This document shows, piece by piece, positions 20,350 through 28,757 of a DNA stretch of 64,000 nt. Origin of the DNA: Nitrospirae bacterium MYbin3 (GTDB taxonomy: Bacteria > Nitrospirota > Thermodesulfovibrionia > Thermodesulfovibrionales > Dissulfurispiraceae); the NCBI GenBank assembly GCA_002753335.1, contig PEAD01000001.1, positions 139,245 through 203,244 on the forward strand, given 5' to 3'. Below the pieces are notes generated by a model that saw nothing but the letters and a program-made list of their open reading frames with translations, was not told where the DNA came from and searched no databases. The number at the start of each line of letters is the position of its first letter. Positions within the stretch are counted from its first letter, which is position 1. A program made the position numbers and the translations under genes.

Positions 20350-21648
20350 ATGTACATAGCTGTAATTGGCACAGGATACGTCGGCCTTGTAACCGGGGCA
20401 TGTTTCGCAGAGTTCGGAGTTTCTGTAACCTGTGTGGACAACGACGCAAAGAAAATAAACAATCTAAAGGAGCATAAGATTCCTTTCTACGAGCCGGGGC
20501 TTGAGGATGTTGTAAAAAGGAATGCAACTAAGGGCAGGCTTAACTTTACTACCGATTTAGCTGATGCGGTTAAAAAATCACTGATAATCTTTATTGCTGT
20601 CGGCACTCCTCCTCGTGAGGACGGTTCCGCAGATCTCAGTTATATCGATGCGGTTGCAAAGGAAATAGCCGGCAGCATTGACGAATACAAAGTAATTGTT
20701 ACGAAAAGCACGGTGCCTGTTGGCACCGGCAAGAGGGTTAGAAAAATCATCAAAGAAAATTTGAAGGCAGCGGTTGATTTTGACGTAGTCTCCAATCCTG
20801 AGTTTCTGCGCGAAGGTGCGGCCATAGATGATTTTATGCGGCCCAACAGGGTGGTGATAGGCGCAGACACAGAAAAATCGGCAGCCATAATGAAAGATCT
20901 TTACAGGCCGTTGTATCTTCTTGAAACCCCTTTTGTGCTTACGAATGTCGAAACTGCAGAACTAATAAAATATGCCGCCAACTCGTTTTTAGCAGTAAAG
21001 ATTTCGTTTATAAACGAGATATCAGCGCTTTGTGAAAAGGTGGGCGGTGATGTGAATGTTGTGGCAAAGGGAATGGGGTTGGACGGCAGAATCGGCTCGA
21101 AGTTCCTTCATGCAGGGCCGGGTTTTGGTGGCTCCTGTTTTCCCAAAGATACAAGGGCGTTGGTTAAGATAGCTGACGAAAATGAAGTGCCGCTTGGCAT
21201 AGTGAAGGCGGCGGTGGCAGCAAACGAGAGGCAGCTTCAGAGGGCGATAGACAAGGTCCGGAATGCTTTAACTCCTTTGCAGGGCCGGACTTTGGCTATT
21301 TTGGGGCTTTCGTTCAAGCCGAACACCGACGATATAAGAGAAGCGCCCGCTATTGCGATTATTCAGTCGCTGCAAAAAGAGGGCGTAACCATAAGGGTAT
21401 ACGATCCAATCGCGATGTACAATGCAAGAGAAATTTTTTCGGACGTATCTTTTTGCAAAGATCCTTATAATGCCTGCGAATCCGCAGATGGGGTTATTAT
21501 TGTTACGGAATGGAACGAGTTTAGAAACCTGCATATGCAAAAAATCTTAACAGCCCTTAAGCAGCCCTATTTTTTCGATCTGCGGAATATTTATGACCCG
21601 CATAAGATGAAAGCTGCTGGTTTTAAATATTTCTCGGTGGGGAGGTAA
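20350..21648 (+). CDS. ugd: UDP-glucose 6-dehydrogenase
   Basis: 432-aa ORF with N-terminal GTGYVGL NAD-binding motif and the catalytic-Cys motif GGSCFPKD. Confidence 0.92.
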   Translation: MYIAVIGTGYVGLVTGACFAEFGVSVTCVDNDAKKINNLKEHKIPFYEPGLEDVVKRNATKGRLNFTTDLADAVKKSLIIFIAVGTPPREDGSADLSYIDAVAKEIAGSIDEYKVIVTKSTVPVGTGKRVRKIIKENLKAAVDFDVVSNPEFLREGAAIDDFMRPNRVVIGADTEKSAAIMKDLYRPLYLLETPFVLTNVETAELIKYAANSFLAVKISFINEISALCEKVGGDVNVVAKGMGLDGRIGSKFLHAGPGFGGSCFPKDTRALVKIADENEVPLGIVKAAVAANERQLQRAIDKVRNALTPLQGRTLAILGLSFKPNTDDIREAPAIAIIQSLQKEGVTIRVYDPIAMYNAREIFSDVSFCKDPYNACESADGVIIVTEWNEFRNLHMQKILTALKQPYFFDLRNIYDPHKMKAAGFKYFSVGR

Positions 21649-21806
21649 GGCAGCGGTTAGCGTCAAATTTGCAACAGTTTTAGCCCCGTATTCACAGCTT
21701 GTTGCAATTGAGCCACAGCACACTAGTCCAAAATAAAAACTAACTGCTTGAAAAATAATAATTTTGCTCGGGTATGTTTCTTGCAATAAAATCTATTGGT
21801 TGTTGT

Positions 21807-21836
21807 TTGACATAGTGTGTCTGTTAATGATATAAC
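21807..21836 (+). promoter_or_regulatory. Sigma70-like promoter candidate for the porin gene
   Basis: TTGACA (21807-21812), 18-nt spacer, TATAAC (21831-21836). This would give a 5' UTR of about 140 nt containing hairpins GCCCCGGACGGGGC and GCCTGCCCTTGGCGGGC. Confidence 0.35.
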
Positions 21837-21983
21837 ATGACACTTTATGAAAAGCCCCGGACGGGGCTCAAGTCACACAAAAAGGGGGTAATAAGCGGAA
21901 AAAAACAGAATGATTTTGGCAGCACAATGTTTTTCAAGCCTGCCCTTGGCGGGCTAAACTGAACTAACCATGGAGGTTAGGAA

Positions 21984-23546
21984 GTGAGAAAATACTTATC
22001 AATAGCATTAGCAGTAGCAATGGTTCTCGGCCTTGCGGTCAGCTCCTTTGCAGCAGAAACTGTAGCAGCCGGCGACACCAAGATCACCATAGGTGGAGAG
22101 ATCAGGGTCAGAGGCGAATACAGACAGAACAATGAGAACTGGACAGACAACGGCACAAAGCATTATGCAGCTTATGACCAGAGGGTTAAGCTTGCCATAA
22201 AGGCTGAAGTGAACAAAAACACAACCGGTATGTTGGAGTTTATGACCGGCGCTAACACCAATGATATTTACAATTGGAATAACACAGCTGGCGGTGGCAT
22301 GGGTGTATTCCAGGCAGGCAACAGCCAGTATGCTGCCCTCGGAATCTATCAGGCATGGCTTCAGCATGTAAACAGCAGCCTTCTCGGCTTCCCTGTTGGT
22401 ATAAAGGTCGGTCATATGCCTTTAAAGCTCGGCCGCGGTCTTTTCTTTGATCATACCAAGCAGGGCGACGACGCGATTGTTGTTTTTGCTGATCCGACCA
22501 AAGAACTACACATCGGCTTGGTAAACATCAAGTTTGACGAAGGCACGGCAAGTAATGTTAACGCAGTAACAAACAGCTCTACTGATGCTGATGCCTATGC
22601 ATTGGTTACAACTTACAAACTCGACAAGACCAATTCCTTAGGCCTGAACTTTACCTTTGTAAAGGACAGAAACTTCTATGGAATTAATGTTCCAAACGCA
22701 ACCGGCTTCGCAGGTGGCGCTACTACACAGGCACAGGCTGATGTTTACAACTTGGGCTTCAACGCAGACATGAATTTCTTTGGCGTTGACTTCTATGCTG
22801 ACATCGAAAAGCAGTGGGGTACTTGCAAGAACTGTGACAACGGCTCAACCACAGCAGGAACCAACTCCCCGCGTAATTTGAAGTTCGGTGGTCTTGCATA
22901 TATGGTTGGCGCAGGCTACAAACTTGATCCTGTGAAGCTTACCCTTGAGTATGCTTATGGCTCGGGCGACGATTTCAATCAGGACCAGAACGGCGACGGC
23001 GTAAGGGACAACACCAAGTTCAAGGGCTTCATAACAGCTCTTGGAACAGACAAGCACTACACCTATACTTATGAGTATCGCACAAGGTCTGCTGCAAACT
23101 CTGGTCTTGGTACCGGCGGCAAGCTTGAAGCAGCAGGACTGACCTCAGGGTCTGCTGGCCTTAACAACACCAAGTATATCAAGTTGGCTGCTGACATTCA
23201 GGCAACAAAAGACCTTACAGCAAACCTCTCTTTTTACAACCTTAAGTCTGTAAAAGGCACAAACATGACGCATGGAATGGCAACCAGCGCTGCGTTCAAT
23301 TTCAGAGCAGCAAGAATCAACACTGCTCAAGCAGCAGGAATTGCAAACACGAAGCTTTCCACAGAGATTGGTAACGAAGTTGACTGGAATATCACTTACC
23401 AGATCGACAAGAACCTGAAGTATTGGGTTGAGGGCGGTTACCTGTGGGTTGGTTCAGCATGGGATTATTACGATACTGTCTCCGCTACAAACAAGGGTGC
23501 AGACAACATCTGGACCGCAAGACACGGCATACAGCTTAACTTCTAA
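21984..23546 (+). CDS. Outer-membrane beta-barrel porin-like protein
   Basis: 520-aa ORF with a GTG start 6 nt after GGAGG. Signal peptide ending SSFAAE. Alternating hydrophobic beta-strand pattern rich in G/Y/N/T. C-terminal ...GIQLNF with a terminal Phe. Confidence 0.75.
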   Translation: MRKYLSIALAVAMVLGLAVSSFAAETVAAGDTKITIGGEIRVRGEYRQNNENWTDNGTKHYAAYDQRVKLAIKAEVNKNTTGMLEFMTGANTNDIYNWNNTAGGGMGVFQAGNSQYAALGIYQAWLQHVNSSLLGFPVGIKVGHMPLKLGRGLFFDHTKQGDDAIVVFADPTKELHIGLVNIKFDEGTASNVNAVTNSSTDADAYALVTTYKLDKTNSLGLNFTFVKDRNFYGINVPNATGFAGGATTQAQADVYNLGFNADMNFFGVDFYADIEKQWGTCKNCDNGSTTAGTNSPRNLKFGGLAYMVGAGYKLDPVKLTLEYAYGSGDDFNQDQNGDGVRDNTKFKGFITALGTDKHYTYTYEYRTRSAANSGLGTGGKLEAAGLTSGSAGLNNTKYIKLAADIQATKDLTANLSFYNLKSVKGTNMTHGMATSAAFNFRAARINTAQAAGIANTKLSTEIGNEVDWNITYQIDKNLKYWVEGGYLWVGSAWDYYDTVSATNKGADNIWTARHGIQLNF

Positions 23547-23570
23547 TAACCCTCGCGCTTAAAGCGCAAA

Positions 23571-23603
23571 AAGGGGCGAATCTTTCGATTCGCCCCTTTT
23601 TTT
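23571..23603. terminator. Bidirectional rho-independent terminator between the porin gene and fdhD
   Basis: Stem AGGGGCGAATC / GATTCGCCCCT with loop TTTC, flanked by an A-run upstream and a T-run downstream. Lies between convergent genes. Confidence 0.7.
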
Positions 23604-23617
23604 GTTCTTAAAAATCT

Positions 23618-24376
23618 TTAGACTATTCTTTGGCTGTGCGTGTAAACATTAAACCTGTCAGCTCTTATAAAGCCAACTACAGTCACACCGCTCTGTTCGG
23701 CTAATGTTAGGGCAAGGCTTGTGGCAGATGTTCTGCTTGCGACCATAGGTATTCCCCATTTTGCGCATTTAGAAACTATTTCGGAAGACAGCCTGCCGCT
23801 TGCCAGCATTATTTTGCCCGCAAACGGTATCTGCTCTATAATCGCATAACCGATAACCTTGTCAACCGCGTTGTGTCTGCCTATATCTTCTGCAAGGCAG
23901 ATTATGTTGGCGCCGTCGCTCAAGGCTGCGCTGTGCATGCATCCTGTTTTTTTGTAAAGCTCCTCGGCATTTTGAAACTTTCTGAAAAGTTCTTTCAGGT
24001 CTTTTGCATTTAATGTAAAATCATCCTCTATTTTTTCAAGCGAAAGCCTCTTGGGAAATGTTATTCCGCCGATGCATCCTGAGGTTATTACAGCCCCTTC
24101 TGTTGAAGCCTCGCCTTCAGCAGGAATATCAACAAGAACATCATCAGCGTATTCTATTGACATTCGCTCGGCGCACCATCCACCGTTTATTATGCCTTCG
24201 GACATGAACATTCCTACAACAAGCTCTCTTACCATAAGCGGCGTGCAGTACAGGCTCAAAACCTCTTTGCCGTTTACCGAAACCCGCAGCCTTTTCTCAA
24301 CAGCTATTTCATCTTCTGTTTCTGCAAATGTGCCGTTGTCGCTTCTGATAATGGTTCTTTTAAGCAGAACGCTCAT
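23618..24376 (-). CDS. fdhD: FdhD-family sulfurtransferase (formate dehydrogenase accessory protein)
   Basis: 252-aa ORF with GCMHSAAL and IGRHNAVDKVIGYA motifs typical of FdhD. Confidence 0.9.
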   Translation of the reverse strand: MSVLLKRTIIRSDNGTFAETEDEIAVEKRLRVSVNGKEVLSLYCTPLMVRELVVGMFMSEGIINGGWCAERMSIEYADDVLVDIPAEGEASTEGAVITSGCIGGITFPKRLSLEKIEDDFTLNAKDLKELFRKFQNAEELYKKTGCMHSAALSDGANIICLAEDIGRHNAVDKVIGYAIIEQIPFAGKIMLASGRLSSEIVSKCAKWGIPMVASRTSATSLALTLAEQSGVTVVGFIRADRFNVYTHSQRIV

Positions 24377-24382
24377 CTGGGA

Positions 24383-25942
24383 TTATTTATTTGAAAACTG
24401 CTGGTACATGCGGGCGTTTTCTATCGCGGTTCCGCAAACTTCGGCAAGCGAGGCTGAAAAAGCTATATCTTCTTCCGAAAACATACGCGGTTTGTCTGTG
24501 AATAGCCGCAGTATGCCTATAACTTTTTCTTTCACAATAATCGGCAGTGTTAGCATGCTTTTAATGCCTTCTTCAACCGCTTCTTTCTGATAGAGGATTC
24601 TCTGATCGTTGCTAACATCAAAGATCGCAACAGGCCCCTTTTGCAGTGCAACCCGTATATTCTCTTCCATATCAACAGGGCCTTTGCTCAGATACTTTTT
24701 GCTAAGACCAAAGGCTGCTACCGGTTCTAGAAGCTTCGACTCTTCATCAAGCAGTCTTATTGTTGCTCCTTTTAAATCCATAGCCTCCGGTAACTTGCGG
24801 ACTATCAGGTAAAGCACCTCATCAAGCTTGAGAGTAGAGCTTACAACTTTTGTAACCTCTTCAAAAACGCGCAGATACTCTTTTGCGTGAGAAACGGTTT
24901 TTTCAAAAGTGCGGGCATTCACAATCGCAATCGCGGACTGTTCAGCGATTGCGGCCATGAACTTCAAGTCTTCGTCTTTGTACTTTACAGGCTCGGAAGT
25001 GTACATCCTCAGTATGCCTATAACCTCTTTTTTGAAGCGTACAGGTATAGAAAGTATGCTCCGTATGCCTTCTGATTCAGCCTCCTCACGATACTTCGCA
25101 TCGGTATCAGAGGTTATATCATAAACCGATACCGCTTTGCCGGTCATTGCGTCCTCTATGCTTTTGTCATAATCAACAGGCCCCTTGTTAACATATTTAT
25201 CGGACAGTCCATAATGGGCCGCAACTTCAAGTTTTTGCGTCTCTTTGTTCAAAAGCCTAAGCATGCTGGCCTTTACGCTCATGACCTTCACAACGTTTGT
25301 TACCACCAGATTCAATACTTCATCCAGAGATATGCTCGAACTTATGGCCTTGCATATATTCTGGTAGCTCTCAAGATACACCTTCTTTTCGAATATCTTG
25401 TCTGCGCAGTCAGGGCACATGCTGTGCGTGAATACTCCAAAGCCTTCGTCTGTGAGATACTTCTCTATCTGCTCCCAAGACTCGTCGTCCATTCGTATCT
25501 TTTTGCACCACGCGCAGATAGGAATAAGTCGGTCTTTGCGCTGATTGCGAATAAATTTTTCGACCGCCTGAAAGACCCGTGCATTGTCGCGCATAACAGA
25601 AACAACCCCGTCCGTCTTTCCGTTTTTAAGAATAGGAGAACTTTGTTCTTCAATATAAAACTTTTCCCGGTTTTTGTGTGTTATGAAAAGGTTTTTTACA
25701 ACAGGCGCTAAAGACTGCAGGCAGAGAGCTGCCGGGTATTCGTAGGCAGGGAGAGCGGTTCCTGCCTCATCAGTATAAGAGAATACCTGATCTATGTTTT
25801 TATTTTTAACATCGTCAAATGAGAGCCCTGTGAGTCTTTCGGCGCCACGATTCCAAAAAATAATTCGCCTGTCAGCGTCTATAGCATATACGCCGTCCGA
25901 AATGCCTTCTAAAATATCGCGATGAATGTTTTTGAATATCAT
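24383..25942 (-). CDS. PAS - Cys/His motif - GAF - GAF signalling protein without a recognisable output domain
   Basis: 519-aa ORF. It has an N-terminal PAS-like region (GVYAIDADRRIIFWNRGAERLTG), a central ICAWCKKIR...THSMCPDC motif, then two GAF-like repeats. No HisKA/HATPase, GGDEF, EAL or HD-GYP motif seen. Confidence 0.85.
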   Translation of the reverse strand: MIFKNIHRDILEGISDGVYAIDADRRIIFWNRGAERLTGLSFDDVKNKNIDQVFSYTDEAGTALPAYEYPAALCLQSLAPVVKNLFITHKNREKFYIEEQSSPILKNGKTDGVVSVMRDNARVFQAVEKFIRNQRKDRLIPICAWCKKIRMDDESWEQIEKYLTDEGFGVFTHSMCPDCADKIFEKKVYLESYQNICKAISSSISLDEVLNLVVTNVVKVMSVKASMLRLLNKETQKLEVAAHYGLSDKYVNKGPVDYDKSIEDAMTGKAVSVYDITSDTDAKYREEAESEGIRSILSIPVRFKKEVIGILRMYTSEPVKYKDEDLKFMAAIAEQSAIAIVNARTFEKTVSHAKEYLRVFEEVTKVVSSTLKLDEVLYLIVRKLPEAMDLKGATIRLLDEESKLLEPVAAFGLSKKYLSKGPVDMEENIRVALQKGPVAIFDVSNDQRILYQKEAVEEGIKSMLTLPIIVKEKVIGILRLFTDKPRMFSEEDIAFSASLAEVCGTAIENARMYQQFSNK

Positions 25943-25996
25943 TTGAACAGTTTTAGTTTACCCCAAAGAGAGTGGCTAAAACCAGATAATCGTACT

Positions 25997-26192
25997 AACA
26001 GCAATAGGGATAAATTTCTTTCGTTCAGAGCTGCGTTTTGACAGCTCTAAATGCTTGTTACGCTACAGCCGCAAAACTCGCCCTGCAGGCTCAAACACTT
26101 GCGGCTGCTTAACGCTTCACTTCGCAAAGAGCTGTCACCAAAACTCCGCATTCACTTCAGAAACTTATCCCTATTGCTTAACGGTATTTTTT
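25997..26192 (+). ncRNA. Candidate structured RNA (6S-like long imperfect hairpin) or MITE-like palindrome
   Basis: Nested complementary segments: 26000-26013/26165-26178 (14 bp perfect), 26015-26019/26159-26163, 26036-26048/26128-26143 (with a bulge) and 26066-26074/26099-26107 (9 bp). Large unpaired regions lie at about 26049-26065 and 26108-26127. A T-run at 26187-26192 follows the closing stem. GATAAT at 25985-25990 sits about 7 nt before the first paired base. Confidence 0.35.
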
Positions 26193-26286
26193 GCTGTGTG
26201 TGGTTTTCATTGCGTTGGACTTGCAGTCATCTGTCATGAGATACTACCCAATCTGGTTTTATAGTTCGTTTTAGGAGGATTGTGGT

Positions 26287-28068
26287 GTGAGTTTTTTTAA
26301 AGAAGATATTAAAACACGATGGAGCATATCCGATCTTTTGTCTTCGCATGACGATGCCGGCATAGAGCCGATAGTGTCTGCGCTCGATGCGACTGTCAAA
26401 GAAATTGAAGCATTAAGGCCGATGCTGTTGCCTGATATCAAAGAGGATGTTTTTGCATCAATGCTTTCAAAGATAGAGATGGTCGCAAGGCTCTCTCTAA
26501 AACTCGGCGGATACAGCCAGCTCTGGTTTTCGGAAGACACTCAGGATCAAAACGCGCTTGCTTTTATGGGCCGGATGGAGCAGATAATTGCCGAAGCATA
26601 TAACAAGATACTTTTCTTCAACCTCTGGTGGAAAGCGCTTGAGGATGAAGCAGCAGAAAGGCTTATGCTAAACTCCGGCGACCTGAGATACTATCTGGAG
26701 CAGCAGCGGCTTTTCAAAAAACATGCCCTGAGCGAGCCTGAAGAAAAAATCATTAATCTGAAAGACATCAACGGCAGCAGCGCCTTGCTTACGATCTACG
26801 ACATGATAACCAGCAAGTTCACATTCAACATAGAAATCGACGGTGAAATAAAGTGTTTAACGCGTGACAGCCTGATGGCATACATAAGGAGCCCCTTGGC
26901 TGCTGTTCGCGAAGCCGCATATAAAGAACAGTTCAGGGTTTATGGGCAGGAGGAATCGGTTTTAGGACAGATTTACATTTATAGGGTTCGTGACTGGGCT
27001 TCAGAAAACATCCGCGTAAGAAATTTTTCATCACCAGTTAATGTTAGAAACCTGCTGAATGATATCCCTGACAAGGTGGTGGACACCTTGCTTGATGTAT
27101 GCTCCGGTCAGGCAGGGGTGTTCCAAAGGTATTTTAAACTTAAGGCAAAATGGCTGGGATTCAAAGATAATCCGCTGCAGCGTTACGATATCTATACACC
27201 TTTGAAAAAAGAGTCGGACAAAAATATTCCTTACAAAGAAGCTGTGGAGATGGTGCTCGACAGCCTTAATCATTTTTCGCCCATTTTCAGCGAACATGCT
27301 ATTAAAATTTTTGAAAGCGGGCATATAGACTCAGAAATCAGGCAGGGCAAGCGGGGCGGAGCATTTTGCTTCAGCGTTCTTCCTGAACTGACGCCGTGGG
27401 TATTATTGAACTATACTGGAGAGTTGAGGCAGGTTGTAACTCTCGCGCATGAATTGGGACATGCGATACATTCCCTGCTTGCTGCCGAACATTCTCTTCT
27501 CACATTTCAGCCTGCGCTGCCGCTTGCCGAAACAGCCTCGGTTTTTTCTGAGATGCTCCTTACCGACAGGATATTGGCTTATGAGAATGACCATGCTATA
27601 AGGCGTGACATACTTGCATCCGCTGTTGATGACATATACGCTACTGTGATGAGGCAGGCTTTTTTCGTGATTTTTGAGCGCGAGGCGCACAAGCTTGTAG
27701 CTGACGGAAAGCCTCTTGAGGAGCTTCATAATCTCTATATGAAAACGCTTTTACAACAGTTTGGAGATTCGGTTGAAGTCAGCGAAGATTTCAGCAGGGA
27801 GTGGCTCTGCATTCCGCATATTTTCCATACGCCTTTTTATTGCTATGCTTACAGTTTTGGCCAGCTCCTTTCGTTGTCTCTTTATCGTCAGTACAAAGAG
27901 GAAGGAGAATCTTTTAAACCTAGGCTTATAAAAATACTCTCGCATGGAGGCGCTGCAAGCCCTTCGGCAATACTCACCGAGGCTGGTATAGACATGTTCG
28001 ACGAGGCCTTCTGGATGGGCGGGTTTAAGGTTATCGAGGGGATGATTGACGAACTGGAGCAGCTCTAA
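26287..28068 (+). CDS. pepF: Oligoendopeptidase F family (M3B) metallopeptidase
   Basis: 593-aa ORF with a GTG start after AGGAGGA. Zinc motif HELGH (LAHELGHAIH) with a downstream Glu ligand region (ETASVFSE). Confidence 0.9.
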   Translation: MSFFKEDIKTRWSISDLLSSHDDAGIEPIVSALDATVKEIEALRPMLLPDIKEDVFASMLSKIEMVARLSLKLGGYSQLWFSEDTQDQNALAFMGRMEQIIAEAYNKILFFNLWWKALEDEAAERLMLNSGDLRYYLEQQRLFKKHALSEPEEKIINLKDINGSSALLTIYDMITSKFTFNIEIDGEIKCLTRDSLMAYIRSPLAAVREAAYKEQFRVYGQEESVLGQIYIYRVRDWASENIRVRNFSSPVNVRNLLNDIPDKVVDTLLDVCSGQAGVFQRYFKLKAKWLGFKDNPLQRYDIYTPLKKESDKNIPYKEAVEMVLDSLNHFSPIFSEHAIKIFESGHIDSEIRQGKRGGAFCFSVLPELTPWVLLNYTGELRQVVTLAHELGHAIHSLLAAEHSLLTFQPALPLAETASVFSEMLLTDRILAYENDHAIRRDILASAVDDIYATVMRQAFFVIFEREAHKLVADGKPLEELHNLYMKTLLQQFGDSVEVSEDFSREWLCIPHIFHTPFYCYAYSFGQLLSLSLYRQYKEEGESFKPRLIKILSHGGAASPSAILTEAGIDMFDEAFWMGGFKVIEGMIDELEQL

Positions 28069-28705
28069 AAAGCTTGATGTCTTTTAGAGGACAGCTCTCG
28101 CAGCGCGGTTTGGGTTTGCAGTAATCTTTTCCGGTCATAACAAAAAGAGCATGGAATTCATTGTATAGCTGAAGGTTTTGATTGAGTCCTTGATGAAAGA
28201 GTTGCTGATATTCGTCATACGATGCCTTGTATTCAAGAATCCCATGGCGTGAAAGAACTCTTTTTGTGTAGGCATCAATTACGAAACTCGGTTTTTCTAG
28301 GGCATAAAGCAGTATTGAATCTGCTGTTTCGGGGCCGATGCCTTTTACTGCGAGAAGCTCTTCCCTAAGCAGTCCGGTCGTCTTTTTTTGCATGCGCTTC
28401 ATGCTGCCATCGTATTGCGTCATAAAAAAATCAAGAAAACAGCGGAGTCTCTGAGCTTTGATATTAAAATAACCGGCAGGTCGGATGAGTCCAGCAAGCT
28501 TTTCTATGGGTAGTGCATGCATTGTGCGTGCAGAAAGCATTCCTGCCGCCTTGAGGTTGCGAATCGCTTTTTCTACATTCGTCCAGTTGGTGTTTTGTGT
28601 TAGAATGGCTCCAACAGCCACTTCGAACGGTGTGTCTCCAGGCCACCAGTTTTGCGGGCCATAAAATGAGCAGAGTTTATGATAAATTTTCAGGAGCGGT
28701 TTCAT
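28031..28705 (-). CDS. Endonuclease III-related HhH-GPD family protein
   Basis: Open frame to 28918, but the preferred start is ATG 28705 (MKPLLKIY...), which removes overlap with the divergent gene. Helix-hairpin-helix motif LLAVKGIGPETADSILLYA and a C-terminal Cys cluster CKPKPRCESC. The 3' end overlaps the pepF 3' end by 38 nt. Confidence 0.83.
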   Translation of the reverse strand: MKPLLKIYHKLCSFYGPQNWWPGDTPFEVAVGAILTQNTNWTNVEKAIRNLKAAGMLSARTMHALPIEKLAGLIRPAGYFNIKAQRLRCFLDFFMTQYDGSMKRMQKKTTGLLREELLAVKGIGPETADSILLYALEKPSFVIDAYTKRVLSRHGILEYKASYDEYQQLFHQGLNQNLQLYNEFHALFVMTGKDYCKPKPRCESCPLKDIKLFRAAPVRQSSPR

Positions 28706-28757
28706 CGAAGTGTTATATTGCAATATTAGCACAAATGTTAAACTAAAAATCGAAATT

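Noticed and set aside
21670-21730. Hairpin TTGCAACA...TGTTGCAA after ugd as a terminator
   Set aside because: The 8-bp stem has a loop of about 22 nt and no following T-run, which is too weak to call.
24051-24590. 179-aa plus-strand ORF spanning the fdhD / PAS-GAF junction
   Set aside because: It is antisense to two well-supported genes, with a Ser/Thr/Pro-rich low-complexity product, so it is a shadow ORF.
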